DNA of 64,000 nt from Planctomycetia bacterium (GTDB lineage: Bacteria > Planctomycetota > MHYJ01 > WSZJ01), in assembly GCA_020849035.1 (NCBI GenBank), contig JADLHC010000282.1, positions 13,957-77,956 of the forward strand, given 5' to 3'. Below are positions 54,039 to 62,740 of this stretch, piece after piece. The notes below the pieces were generated by a model, which was given only the letters and a program-made list of their open reading frames with translations, was not told where the DNA came from and searched no databases. Numbering within the stretch: position 1 is the first letter of the stretch; each line of letters begins with the position of its first letter. A program made the position numbers and the translations under genes.

Positions 54039-55559
54039 CTATTTCCTTACGGGAGGAGGTTCGAGGCGAAGGGCGCCGGCGCCCGCGGGGACGTTTCCCC
54101 CGCGCGCCGCTGCTTCCGCGCCTGAGCCGAGTTCGACCAGCAGGGGAAGGGCCGCGCCGGACGCGCCGGGCGCGGGGATGTCGACGTCGATCTCCGCGGT
54201 CGTGACGGCGCCCGCGGCCGCGGCGACCGTGCGCGTCCGCTCGGCGGCGCCGAGTCCGACGAGAATGCGGACGCCTTCGGCGGTCTCCCCGGAGGCGTTG
54301 GCGACGAAAACGCGCACGCGGACAGTTCTCGCCCCCTCGTCCGGCGGCAGGACTTCGACGCCCGCGAGCGAAACCGCGCCGGCCCAGGCTCGGACCGGCG
54401 TCTCGAAGCGCGCCACGTCCGCCGGCGGGTCGTCCTCGCGCGCCCCGGCGATTTCGACGCAGCGCGTCATGGCCGCGTCCGCGCCGATCTCCACCGTCAG
54501 CGTCGCCGCCGCTCCCGGCGCCGTCTCGGGAATCGCGGCGGTCACCGGCTCCCGGAGGAGCGCGGAGTAGAGCCGAAGCGTTCCGTTCGCGGCCGCGGCC
54601 GACACGTTCCGCACGCGGACCTTCACCGACCGCTGTGTCTCCGGAATCACCGATTCCACCACGAACCTCCCCCGCGCCGCGTCCCTCGCGAGCGCCGCCT
54701 TCAGCGCCGCCGGATCCCACACGCGCGGCAGCTTCCCCGCCGCGTCCCTCCCGGCCACCGCGCCGTCCCCGAGCCCGAGAAGCCACTCGCGCCGCTTCTC
54801 CCGCGGCACGTCGCTCCTCTGCGCCAGCGCCGCCGCCGCGAAGGCCGCAGCGCGCGCCGCCGCCACGCCGCTTCCGAAGAGATCCCGCGCCCGGTCGAGC
54901 GCGGGGGCGAGCACGTCGGTGCGCGCGGAGGCGTTCGCGAAGGCGGTGAGGCGCCAGGGGAGGGCCTGAGGGGAGGACGCCGGGGCGGGCTCGACGCCGG
55001 CAACCGAGAGGACGCCGGGGTGGGAGGCCGGAAAGAGGTCGAAACCGTCGGGCGAGGAGCCGGCCGGGGAGAGGACGAGGAGGCCCTTTTTCAGCGCGCG
55101 GTCTAGCGCGGCGGCGACCGCGGCGTTTCTGCGGCCGGAGACGCACGCGACGAGGAGGACGTCGGCGCCGGCTTCGACCGCGGCGTCGACCGCCGCGGCG
55201 AGCGCCTCAGGCGCCGGGTCGGGCGCTTTCGCGGAGGCGATCCGCAGCGGCAGGATCCGCACGGCGAGGCCCGCGCACGAGTCCGCGACGATCTCCGCGA
55301 GCGCCGTTCCCGAGCCCAGGTCGTCCGCCGCGGCGTCGCCATCCGCCACGAAGCTCCGCCCCTCGCGCAGCATCGGCCCCGCGACCCTGGACTTCGCATC
55401 CGCTCCGGACGAGGCGATCGCGACGAGCACGTCCGCCGCCTCGGCACGCGCCGCGTGCAATCCCGCCACAAGCGCGGGAAGCAAGAGAAGCGCGCTGAAA
55501 AAGGGCCGGAGACACTGCGAGATGGACACGAAACTCCCTCTCTTCAAAAAGCAGGACAC
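54039..55559 (-). CDS. secreted subtilase-like pseudoenzyme (triad positions substituted) with CARDB-like C-terminal repeats
   Basis: Aligns by eye to the neighbour's protease domain, but reads VAIASSGAD, GSGTALAE and GSGVAAARAAAF where Asp, His and Ser are expected. Sits 4 nt upstream of the giant gene. Confidence 0.7.
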   Translation of the reverse strand: MSCFLKRGSFVSISQCLRPFFSALLLLPALVAGLHAARAEAADVLVAIASSGADAKSRVAGPMLREGRSFVADGDAAADDLGSGTALAEIVADSCAGLAVRILPLRIASAKAPDPAPEALAAAVDAAVEAGADVLLVACVSGRRNAAVAAALDRALKKGLLVLSPAGSSPDGFDLFPASHPGVLSVAGVEPAPASSPQALPWRLTAFANASARTDVLAPALDRARDLFGSGVAAARAAAFAAAALAQRSDVPREKRREWLLGLGDGAVAGRDAAGKLPRVWDPAALKAALARDAARGRFVVESVIPETQRSVKVRVRNVSAAAANGTLRLYSALLREPVTAAIPETAPGAAATLTVEIGADAAMTRCVEIAGAREDDPPADVARFETPVRAWAGAVSLAGVEVLPPDEGARTVRVRVFVANASGETAEGVRILVGLGAAERTRTVAAAAGAVTTAEIDVDIPAPGASGAALPLLVELGSGAEAAARGGNVPAGAGALRLEPPPVRK

Positions 55560-55767
55560 CCCTGAACCTCGGGGCGAGTTTCGGGAGGAGGCCGGGGAGT
55601 GTCAAGCGAAGCCGGTCAGGCGTTCGGGATGCCGGGCGCCCGACTCCGGGGCAGACGGAAGGAACGGGGATTGGCTTGGGTACGTAGGATCAGCCCGCGG
55701 ACGCGGGATACAGCATCGGGAAGCACCGCCCGACCACGTCCACCGTAATGCCGATCATGATGCCGAA

Positions 55768-56856
55768 CTACGGCGACCCCGGATCGTCCAGCCGGAGGGG
55801 CTTCGCCCTTGGCCCCTCCTCCTTGATCTTCAGCGTCCCAAGCCCCTCCTCGATTTGCTCCAGGCTGGGGAGCGCCTCGCGCAGCTTCTTCGGAAGTTCG
55901 GCCGCGGGCCGCGCGGTCCACTCGGAGACGCCCATGGGCTTGCGGATGTCCTGCAGCGCGTACTCCACCGTCAGGCGGTTCTTCTTTCCGCGCACCAGGA
56001 GGAGCCCGATGGTCGGCGCGTCGTCCCTGTGGCGCATTTGCGCGTCCACCGCCGACAGGTAGAAGTTCAGCTTGCCGGCGAATTCCGGCTGGAACGGCCG
56101 GGCCTTGAGATCGATCACGACGTAGCAGCGCAGCTTGAGGTGATAGAAGAGCAGGTCGAGGCGGAACTCGTCGCCGTCGACTTCGAACCGCACCTGCCGC
56201 CCCACGAACGCGAACCCCATCCCGAGCTCCAGGAGCAGCTTCTGGACGTGGTCCACCATCGCCTGCTCGACCTCCCGCTCCTTCGCGTCGCCGGCGACCG
56301 AAAGGAATTCGAACTTGTACGGGTCCTTCAGGACCTGCTGCGCGAGGTCGGACTGCTCCGGCGGCAGCGTGCGGGAGAAGTTCGTGATCGCCTTGCCTTC
56401 ACGTTCGTGGAGCCGGGTTTCGATCTGCAGGTCCAGGATGGCATGCGACCAGCCGTGGTGCAGGGCCTTTCGGGCATACCACTCCCGTTCTTCGCGCGAC
56501 TTTAACTTAGTAATCAGCAAGACGTTATGCCACCAGGGCAATTGTGCAGAAGGCTCCTGCACAATTTCGGTCCCAGGCCACGCGGCCGCGAAGGCCCGCA
56601 TGTACTTCAGGTTCCTCGAGGAGAAACCCGTCATGTCGGGGAACTCCTTCCGCAGGTCGGCGGCGAGCCGATCAATCACCTTCGCCCCCCACCCTTGCTC
56701 CCCCTGCGCCTCGAGGATCCGCTTCCCGATCCCCCAGTACAGCCGGATCATCTCCGTGTTCACCGAGAGCGCGGCCTTCAACTGCGCGGATCGGACGCGG
56801 TCCTTCAGCTCGGCGAGAAGCGGGGCATAGGTGTTCGGAAGCGGCGGCGGCGGCAT
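55768..56856 (-). CDS. PDDEXK nuclease, DUF1016 / YhcG family
   Basis: LYWGIGKRI, FSSRNLKYMRAF, WSHAILDL, DPYKFEFL, and RLDLLFYHLKLRCYVVIDLK (PD-(D/E)xK core). Confidence 0.85.
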   Translation of the reverse strand: MPPPPLPNTYAPLLAELKDRVRSAQLKAALSVNTEMIRLYWGIGKRILEAQGEQGWGAKVIDRLAADLRKEFPDMTGFSSRNLKYMRAFAAAWPGTEIVQEPSAQLPWWHNVLLITKLKSREEREWYARKALHHGWSHAILDLQIETRLHEREGKAITNFSRTLPPEQSDLAQQVLKDPYKFEFLSVAGDAKEREVEQAMVDHVQKLLLELGMGFAFVGRQVRFEVDGDEFRLDLLFYHLKLRCYVVIDLKARPFQPEFAGKLNFYLSAVDAQMRHRDDAPTIGLLLVRGKKNRLTVEYALQDIRKPMGVSEWTARPAAELPKKLREALPSLEQIEEGLGTLKIKEEGPRAKPLRLDDPGSP

Positions 56857-57051
56857 GGCGGCTCCGGGGAATCGGAGGCGAGGGAGCGGCCGCCGGAGAC
56901 ACGGTGCGCGGGGCGGTCGGGCGTCGGCGATGAGAACCTGCGGCGGCAAGAGCCAGTGGTCGCGCGAGTGTGGCTGCAGGTGACGAGGGAAGCTTACAAC
57001 ATGTTAGGCAAATGTCAAGTGTCCGGTCGGAAATGGACCGCTTCTTCCCGG

Positions 57052-57363
57052 CTACCCGAGATCGTCCAGCCTCCGCGTCCGCCGCGCCCTCTCCTCGCCC
57101 CCCATCGTCTCCGTGATCTCCACGATCCCGGCGCCCAGGTCCACGTGGTACATCTTGATCACCTCGAACGGCCCGTCCGGCCCGTCGCCCTTCACCACCG
57201 CCCTCAGCCAGTAGTGCCCCGGCTTCGTCGCGTTCTTCTTCGCCATCTCCGTCGCCTGCCGGATCGCCTTCAGGTCGTCGTTGAGCGAGGTCTTCACGAA
57301 GAAGTCGCCGTGGTCGGGGTGCCGCTCGCTGCCCATGACCGGATCGTAACGCACGATCACCAC
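57052..57363 (-). CDS. hypothetical small protein
   Basis: 103 aa, high third-position GC, no motif recognised. Confidence 0.45.
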   Translation of the reverse strand: MVIVRYDPVMGSERHPDHGDFFVKTSLNDDLKAIRQATEMAKKNATKPGHYWLRAVVKGDGPDGPFEVIKMYHVDLGAGIVEITETMGGEERARRTRRLDDLG

Positions 57364-57610
57364 TTTTCACGGCCCGTCCTGGACCAGCCGCGCCTCGAAC
57401 ACACGCCTCCGGTCGAGACCTCGAGCCCGCGCGCAGAGGGGGTTGGGAGGCGGAAGAGGCATGGAGCGGAAGTCGGGTGCGCAGCGGGCAGGCCTGCCGG
57501 CAATTCGAGTCCAGTCCCGGCCCCGGCCTCGCGCTGCCGCATTCCCCGGGTCGTCCGGCTTGCGCGGCCGATTCCTTGCGGCTCCGTCCCGGCGGTTCTT
57601 CAATGCCCGC

Positions 57611-57949
57611 ATGTCCGAAGCCCTCCCCGACCTCATCCCCGAAGGCGGCGACCCGCGCGCTCCGCTCGCCGAGCGCATCGCCCGCGCCATCTGGATCGGC
57701 AGCCTGACTTCCGAAGAGCTCATGAGGATCGGCGAAGTCCTGCGCCGCAAGCACGAGGCCGTTCTCAACATCCGCACGCATCAGGCCATGCTCGTCCTCC
57801 GCCCCGGCATGGAGGTCGCCTGGGACTCCCCCCGACACGGCCCGCAGCGCGGAAAGGTCGTCGAAATCAAGCGAACGCGCGTCGTCGTCTGTTGCACGGG
57901 CGGCGTCCACCTGAGCGTGTCGGCCGCCATGCTCAAGCCGGTGGAGTAG
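57611..57949 (+). CDS. hypothetical small protein
   Basis: 112 aa from an internal Met, coding-like codon usage, no motif recognised. Confidence 0.45.
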   Translation: MSEALPDLIPEGGDPRAPLAERIARAIWIGSLTSEELMRIGEVLRRKHEAVLNIRTHQAMLVLRPGMEVAWDSPRHGPQRGKVVEIKRTRVVVCCTGGVHLSVSAAMLKPVE

Positions 57950-57999
57950 CGGACGGAGGCGTCGCCGCCCATTGCGCGGAGTCCGCCCGGACGCTGTCC

Positions 58000-58401
58000 A
58001 TGCTCGTCGCGTGCCTCCAGCAGGCGCCGCCCACCGTCGCCTCGACCGCGGAGTGCGCTGAGTTGCTGAAGGCCGCGCTTGAAGCGACGCGGCGGCGGTT
58101 GAAAGGACGACCTGCGAAGAACCCCGCACAGCGTTTCTCCAGGGCCCGTCTGAATGCGCTCATCGATGAGGCGATCGTCGACGCTCACGGCGACGACGAG
58201 CAACTCGTCGGGTTCTTGAGTCGCATTGAAGACGAGCTGGAGGTTCCGTTCTCGACGAAGATCCTCGGCGTACAGGCGGAAGTTGTCCGGATCGAGTCGC
58301 TCGGCCCCTGGCGCCTGGAGGCGTTCGACGCGGCGGCGGGAGCGAAGGCGTTCGACCAGAAGAAGCGGAAGAGGACGGGGAATCACGAGGAGGAGATGTG
58401 A
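58000..58401 (+). CDS. hypothetical small protein
   Basis: 133 aa from an internal Met. The segment EAIVDAHGDDEQLVGFLSRIEDELEVPFSTKILGVQAEVVRIE resembles a widespread small-protein family. Lys/Arg-rich tail. Confidence 0.45.
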   Translation: MLVACLQQAPPTVASTAECAELLKAALEATRRRLKGRPAKNPAQRFSRARLNALIDEAIVDAHGDDEQLVGFLSRIEDELEVPFSTKILGVQAEVVRIESLGPWRLEAFDAAAGAKAFDQKKRKRTGNHEEEM

Positions 58402-58421
58402 AGGGCGGGGGAGCGAAGCAG

Positions 58422-58446
58422 GGAATCCGGAAATCCGGAAATCCGG
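58422..58446. repeat. GGAA(A)TCC x3 tandem octamer
   Basis: GGAATCCGGAAATCCGGAAATCCGG, in the gap between the stop at 58401 and the start at 58638. Confidence 0.6.
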
Positions 58447-58637
58447 CGAGTCGTGATCGATTGTTCTCAACTCCTGGACGAGCCAGGACTTCGGCTCGCA
58501 GGAAGTTGAAGCGCCCTCCTGGCAGGGCCATGGTCGACGCCATAAAATTCTCCGCGACGTTCGGCGTTGCAGTCCCGGCTCCTTCCCGCAGCCGAAAGGC
58601 TGGGCCGGTCATCAACCCGTCGAGGAAGGAGTCCGCC

Positions 58638-59045
58638 ATGCGCGTCGTTCCGCTCAATCGTCGAACCGTTCTTGCGCGCTGCCGCAGCGTTCTTCGCCTT
58701 GCGACCTTGAGCCGCGGGGAACTTCGGCGAATGTCAGGCCACGAATTCCGTCGGGCGTGGTCGGCGACCTGCTTCGTCTTCCCCGGGCTGCACCCGGACG
58801 GCGCGCTCGATCACGGACGAAAGACCGAAGTGTCAGACCAAGGAACGCGCGTTCTCCCTGAGCTATACCCGGTCGTCGCCAGGTTCTACGTGCGAAGCGG
58901 CTGGCCTGTCGCCCTCGCGAACGCCGCCGCGGAAGCATGGCGGCGATATGAGTGCGGCGAGCTCTCGGACGCCGAGTTCTACGATGCAAACGCGACGCGA
59001 GAGGGTGTGTTCGGGCGACGAGTGGCCTCCCGGTCCGGCGCCTGA
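58638..59045 (+). CDS. hypothetical small protein
   Basis: 135 aa. GGAAGGAG Shine-Dalgarno sequence just upstream of the ATG. Alternative start at 58530. Confidence 0.45.
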   Translation: MRVVPLNRRTVLARCRSVLRLATLSRGELRRMSGHEFRRAWSATCFVFPGLHPDGALDHGRKTEVSDQGTRVLPELYPVVARFYVRSGWPVALANAAAEAWRRYECGELSDAEFYDANATREGVFGRRVASRSGA

Positions 59046-59133
59046 GTTTCCCCATGACTGGAACGAGTGCGCAGCGGCTTGACTTCCTAGACGCGCCAAT
59101 CATACTAACACCCGCCTAACAGACGCGGAAAAC

Positions 59134-59173
59134 TTGACGATCTGGGGAAGTAGTGATATCAATCTGCTATCAC
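59134..59173 (+). promoter_or_regulatory. putative dcm promoter with overlapping inverted repeat (candidate RHH operator)
   Basis: TTGACG (59134-59139), 17-nt spacer, TATCAA. GTGATA-N9-TATCAC inverted repeat at 59153-59173, ending 1 nt before the ATG. Confidence 0.4.
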
Positions 59174-59174
59174 C

Positions 59175-60383
59175 ATGTCCCCAGAAAGCAAGACTTCGCA
59201 GCTGCTGATCCGCAATATCCCGCCTCGGCTGCACTCCCGACTGCGCGAAGTCGCCTCGGAGCGAGGGGTCTCCATGAGCCACCTCGCCGTGGAGCTTCTG
59301 GAGAGCGCCGTGGATCAGCAAGGACAGCTTCCGTTGTTCAAGCCGCCCCCGCGTCCTCCGGCCGAAGGAGGGGCCCGCTTCAAGTTCATCGACCTCTTCG
59401 CCGGCATCGGCGGTTTCCGTCTCGGACTCGAAGCCGCGGGCGGCGAGTGCGTCTACTCCTGCGAGTGGGACCGCTGGGCGCAGGTCACGTACCGCGCGTG
59501 GTTCGGCGAGAACCCCGTCGGGGACATCCGCGAGGTCAAGGCCGAGTCTATCCCCGACCACGACGTCCTCGCCGCCGGGTTCCCCTGCCAGCCGTTCTCG
59601 ATCGCCGGCGTCTCAAAGAAGAAAAGCCTCGGCCGCGAGCACGGCTTCCGCGACCGCGCCCAAGGGACGCTGTTCTTCGAGATCATCCGCATCATCGAGG
59701 CGAAGCGTCCGCCGGCGATCATTCTCGAAAACGTCAAGAACCTGCTCTCCCACGACCGCGGACGCACGTGGGAGGTCATCCGCGGTGCCCTCGAAGACCT
59801 CGATTACAAGGTCTTCCCGTCCGTCATCGACGCCGCCTCCTGGGTCCCCCAGCACCGCGAGCGCATCTTCGTCGTCGGGTTCGACCGCCGCGTGTTCGGC
59901 GACAACCCGCCATACGAGGCGCCGACGCCGCCGCGCGAAGCCCCGCCGACGCTGGCCTCGATCCTCGACCCGAACCCGGACCCGCGCTACACGCTTTCGA
60001 AGCACCTCTGGAAGTACCTGCAGGACTACGCGAAGAAGCACCGCGACCTCGGCCACGGCTTCGGCTTCGGTCTGGCCGACCTGAACGGCGTCACCCGCAC
60101 GCTCAGCGCCCGCTACTACAAGGACGGCTCGGAGATCCTGATCCCGCAGGCAGGGCGGAATCCGCGCCGGCTGACCCCTCGCGAAGCGGCGCGCCTCATG
60201 GGATTCCCCGACAAGCTGGAAATCGCCGTCTCTGACACCCAGGCTTACAAGCAATTCGGAAACGCAGTCGTCCCGCTCGTCGTCGCCGCCGTCGCGCGAC
60301 GCATCGTTCCAGTTCTTGCCTGGCAGGTCGCCCGGAGCGGTAATGGCTGCCTTCTGAAACGGCCGCCGTCGGTCGCCTCGTAG
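59175..60383 (+). CDS. dcm: DNA (cytosine-5)-methyltransferase with N-terminal ribbon-helix-helix-like domain
   Basis: FAGIGGF (motif I), GFPCQPFS (IV), ENVKNL (VI), QHRERIF (VIII), FGNAV (X). N-terminal LLIRNIPPRLHSRLREVASERGVSMSHLAVELL is Arc/CopG-like. Confidence 0.92.
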   Translation: MSPESKTSQLLIRNIPPRLHSRLREVASERGVSMSHLAVELLESAVDQQGQLPLFKPPPRPPAEGGARFKFIDLFAGIGGFRLGLEAAGGECVYSCEWDRWAQVTYRAWFGENPVGDIREVKAESIPDHDVLAAGFPCQPFSIAGVSKKKSLGREHGFRDRAQGTLFFEIIRIIEAKRPPAIILENVKNLLSHDRGRTWEVIRGALEDLDYKVFPSVIDAASWVPQHRERIFVVGFDRRVFGDNPPYEAPTPPREAPPTLASILDPNPDPRYTLSKHLWKYLQDYAKKHRDLGHGFGFGLADLNGVTRTLSARYYKDGSEILIPQAGRNPRRLTPREAARLMGFPDKLEIAVSDTQAYKQFGNAVVPLVVAAVARRIVPVLAWQVARSGNGCLLKRPPSVAS

Positions 60384-60406
60384 GTCACTGATTTGAGGAT
60401 TTCGGG

Positions 60407-61585
60407 ATGAGCGGCTCCCCCGCAGAGCTCGCCATCGAGTCAGCGTTGCGTCACGGCAACGCCCTCGCAAAGTTCATCGCGCCGAACGACACGAAGGCGA
60501 CCAAGAGTCACCAGGCGGGATTCCTGCTCCCGACGCCGCCTTGGCGAACCTTCACCAATCTGCCACCGGTCGAGGGGAAGGACGCTGAGGAGCACGTGAA
60601 GATCCTGTGGTTCGGTGCCAACGAAACCGCATCCAGAATCTGCTGGCATGGGGCGAAGAAGCACGAGTACAGGCTGACGAGATTTGGAGACCGTTTCCCG
60701 TTTCGCGAAGCCGAGCTGGTCGGCGACCTCCTGATCTTGGTCCGAACTGGCGACCTTCGATTCGAGGCGTATGTCGTTACTGGCGATGATCAGATCGATC
60801 AGGTCTTGGTCGCTCTCGACATAGAAGTCGGTAAGGTTTGGGGCGTCTACACGGGCCATATTCCCGAGCCGAGCACGGAAGAGAGAGTGCTTGACTGCCT
60901 CACTCGCCGGTTTGAATCCTTCGCCATTCGATTCCGCGACTTCCCCGACACGACGCAATTCTCGCACGAAGCCGTCGAATCGCTGCGAAGCTGCAACCCG
61001 GCGGCCCTGAACGCGGGACCGGACGAGACCTTGATGCACCTCGTCCGCACGGAATACGACCTTTTCCGCCACGTCGAACGGAAGCTTTGCTCCTCGATGG
61101 TGACGAGCGGCTTCGCGTCGGTGGATGACTTCCTCAAGACGGCGTCCTCCATCATGAACCGCCGGAAATCGCGGGCCGGTCGCTCACTTGAGAACCACTT
61201 CAGTTGGGTGCTCACACAAAACGGGATTCCACACAAGTCTCGTCCTGCAATAGAGGGGCGTCCGGATGTCGTGATCCCGGACGAGCGGTCGTACGAGATC
61301 CAGATTGCCGGGAAGCCTCCGGTATGGATCCTTGGCGTCAAGAGCACCTGCAAAGATCGATGGCGGCAGGTACTCCAAGAGGCGCGGAAGGTCAGGACCA
61401 AATTCCTCGTCACCGTTCAACCTGCGATGTCTTCGGCGCAGATTGCGGACATGATGAATCACGACGTTCGGCTTGTCGTGCCTAGGGAAGTCCGCAGGAA
61501 CTACTCCAAGAAGGACCTTGGAAGCGTGCTGACTGTTCAAGGGTTCATCAAGATCGTCCGCGAAGGTCGGGCATCGCACAGCTGA
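60407..61585 (+). CDS. EcoRII-family type IIE restriction endonuclease
   Basis: FIAPNDTKATKSHQAGFLLP (EcoRII N-terminal effector domain), NRRKSRAGRSLENH, and VKSTCKDRWRQVLQEA match EcoRII as I recall it. Confidence 0.88.
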   Translation: MSGSPAELAIESALRHGNALAKFIAPNDTKATKSHQAGFLLPTPPWRTFTNLPPVEGKDAEEHVKILWFGANETASRICWHGAKKHEYRLTRFGDRFPFREAELVGDLLILVRTGDLRFEAYVVTGDDQIDQVLVALDIEVGKVWGVYTGHIPEPSTEERVLDCLTRRFESFAIRFRDFPDTTQFSHEAVESLRSCNPAALNAGPDETLMHLVRTEYDLFRHVERKLCSSMVTSGFASVDDFLKTASSIMNRRKSRAGRSLENHFSWVLTQNGIPHKSRPAIEGRPDVVIPDERSYEIQIAGKPPVWILGVKSTCKDRWRQVLQEARKVRTKFLVTVQPAMSSAQIADMMNHDVRLVVPREVRRNYSKKDLGSVLTVQGFIKIVREGRASHS

Positions 61586-61602
61586 GGTGCCGGAATCGAG
61601 CG

Positions 61603-62034
61603 ATGGACAGATTAAGCAAGTCTCGACGTAGCTGGAACATGTCCCGGATTCGAAGCGCGGGCACCGAGCCGGAGTCACGCGTCGAAGAAGCGCTTCGGTC
61701 GATCCCAATTCTGTATATGTGTCAGGCCACGGATCTTCCGGGGCGGCCTGACTTTGTACTGCCTCGTCGCCGCATTGCAATCCTAGTCCACGGGTGCTAT
61801 TGGCATCGACACGGAGGGTGCAAGCTTGCCTACACTCCGAAATCACGAATCTCCTTCTGGATACGGAAGTTCCGAAGCAACGTGAGTCGAGACAGACGCG
61901 TACTTCGAGAACTTCGTCGCCTCGGATGGTGTCCAATAGTTATCTGGGAATGTCAGACGATTGAGGCTTGCCAGCTTCGACGACATTTGAAAGCAACAAT
62001 TAGGTCGGCACGCCGAGGGGCTATCGGGACCTGA
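61603..62034 (+). CDS. vsr: very-short-patch repair endonuclease
   Basis: SRRSWNMSRIRSAGTEPE, PGRPDFVLPRRRIAILVHGCYWHRH, IVIWECQ. Confidence 0.88.
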   Translation: MDRLSKSRRSWNMSRIRSAGTEPESRVEEALRSIPILYMCQATDLPGRPDFVLPRRRIAILVHGCYWHRHGGCKLAYTPKSRISFWIRKFRSNVSRDRRVLRELRRLGWCPIVIWECQTIEACQLRRHLKATIRSARRGAIGT

Positions 62035-62740
62035 AGCGATCGAATTCCGCAGGAAGCAGCCCGATCAGTCGATCCGTCGCAATACCGCTGATGTCGAAGG
62101 TGAGGTCGAACTGTTCGAGCACTGCTGATAGTCGACGGGGCGAGCCCGCGCCTTTGGACCTTGCTCCTTCTTTCAGTTTCTTCAGGGCGGCGTCGTAGTA
62201 GAGGCTTGTTTGAACTTCGAGTACTGACCTATTGGTAATCCAATTCTGATAGCCAGCAAGTTGCTCCATGAGGTCGTCTGTGATATTAACTCGGTTGGCT
62301 AGAATCGCGCCGACAAGCGATTCATCGCCTCCGTGTGCGCGGTAGATCAGAAAGGGTCCCAAAAGGAAATGGCGGTAGTACTTCCGAAAGTTGCCAATCG
62401 CGGGGAGGTATCGCCACACTTCCAATCTCTTCCTAGAGCCATCTCCGCGTGCCGGGCACACTTGGTCGAAATAGAACAAGGTTAACCAGCACCACAGCCC
62501 TAAGTCGAGCTCTGCTCCCGGAAGCACCTTTGCGTCGAGCGACCGGTTCAAGTAGGCAGCCGCGTCGAAACGCGAAGCGAAGGTGCAAGGTTCCACCTCG
62601 ATGTTGGGAACAACTCGCTCCGTCGCTGACTGGTCTTCGAGCAACCCTACCGGAGGAGCGAGGGTGGACTCACTTCTAAGTGCGTCCAAGTACTCGGTAA
62701 ACTGACGAACTCCGGCTTCGTTCAGTCGGCGCAACTTCAT
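62021..62740 (-). CDS. hypothetical protein (third ORF of an uncharacterised operon)
   Basis: 239 aa from an internal Met. ATGA overlap with the upstream ORF. Its 3' end overlaps the vsr 3' end by 14 nt. Low GC. No motif recognised. Confidence 0.6.
   Translation of the reverse strand: MKLRRLNEAGVRQFTEYLDALRSESTLAPPVGLLEDQSATERVVPNIEVEPCTFASRFDAAAYLNRSLDAKVLPGAELDLGLWCWLTLFYFDQVCPARGDGSRKRLEVWRYLPAIGNFRKYYRHFLLGPFLIYRAHGGDESLVGAILANRVNITDDLMEQLAGYQNWITNRSVLEVQTSLYYDAALKKLKEGARSKGAGSPRRLSAVLEQFDLTFDISGIATDRLIGLLPAEFDRFRSR

Noticed and set aside
57504-57512. TTCGAGTCC, a tRNA T-loop-like string in the 57364-57610 gap. It could be a tRNA gene or an att remnant marking an island border.
   Set aside because: The flanking bases do not form a T-stem or acceptor stem, and no cloverleaf can be drawn. 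It is probably chance.
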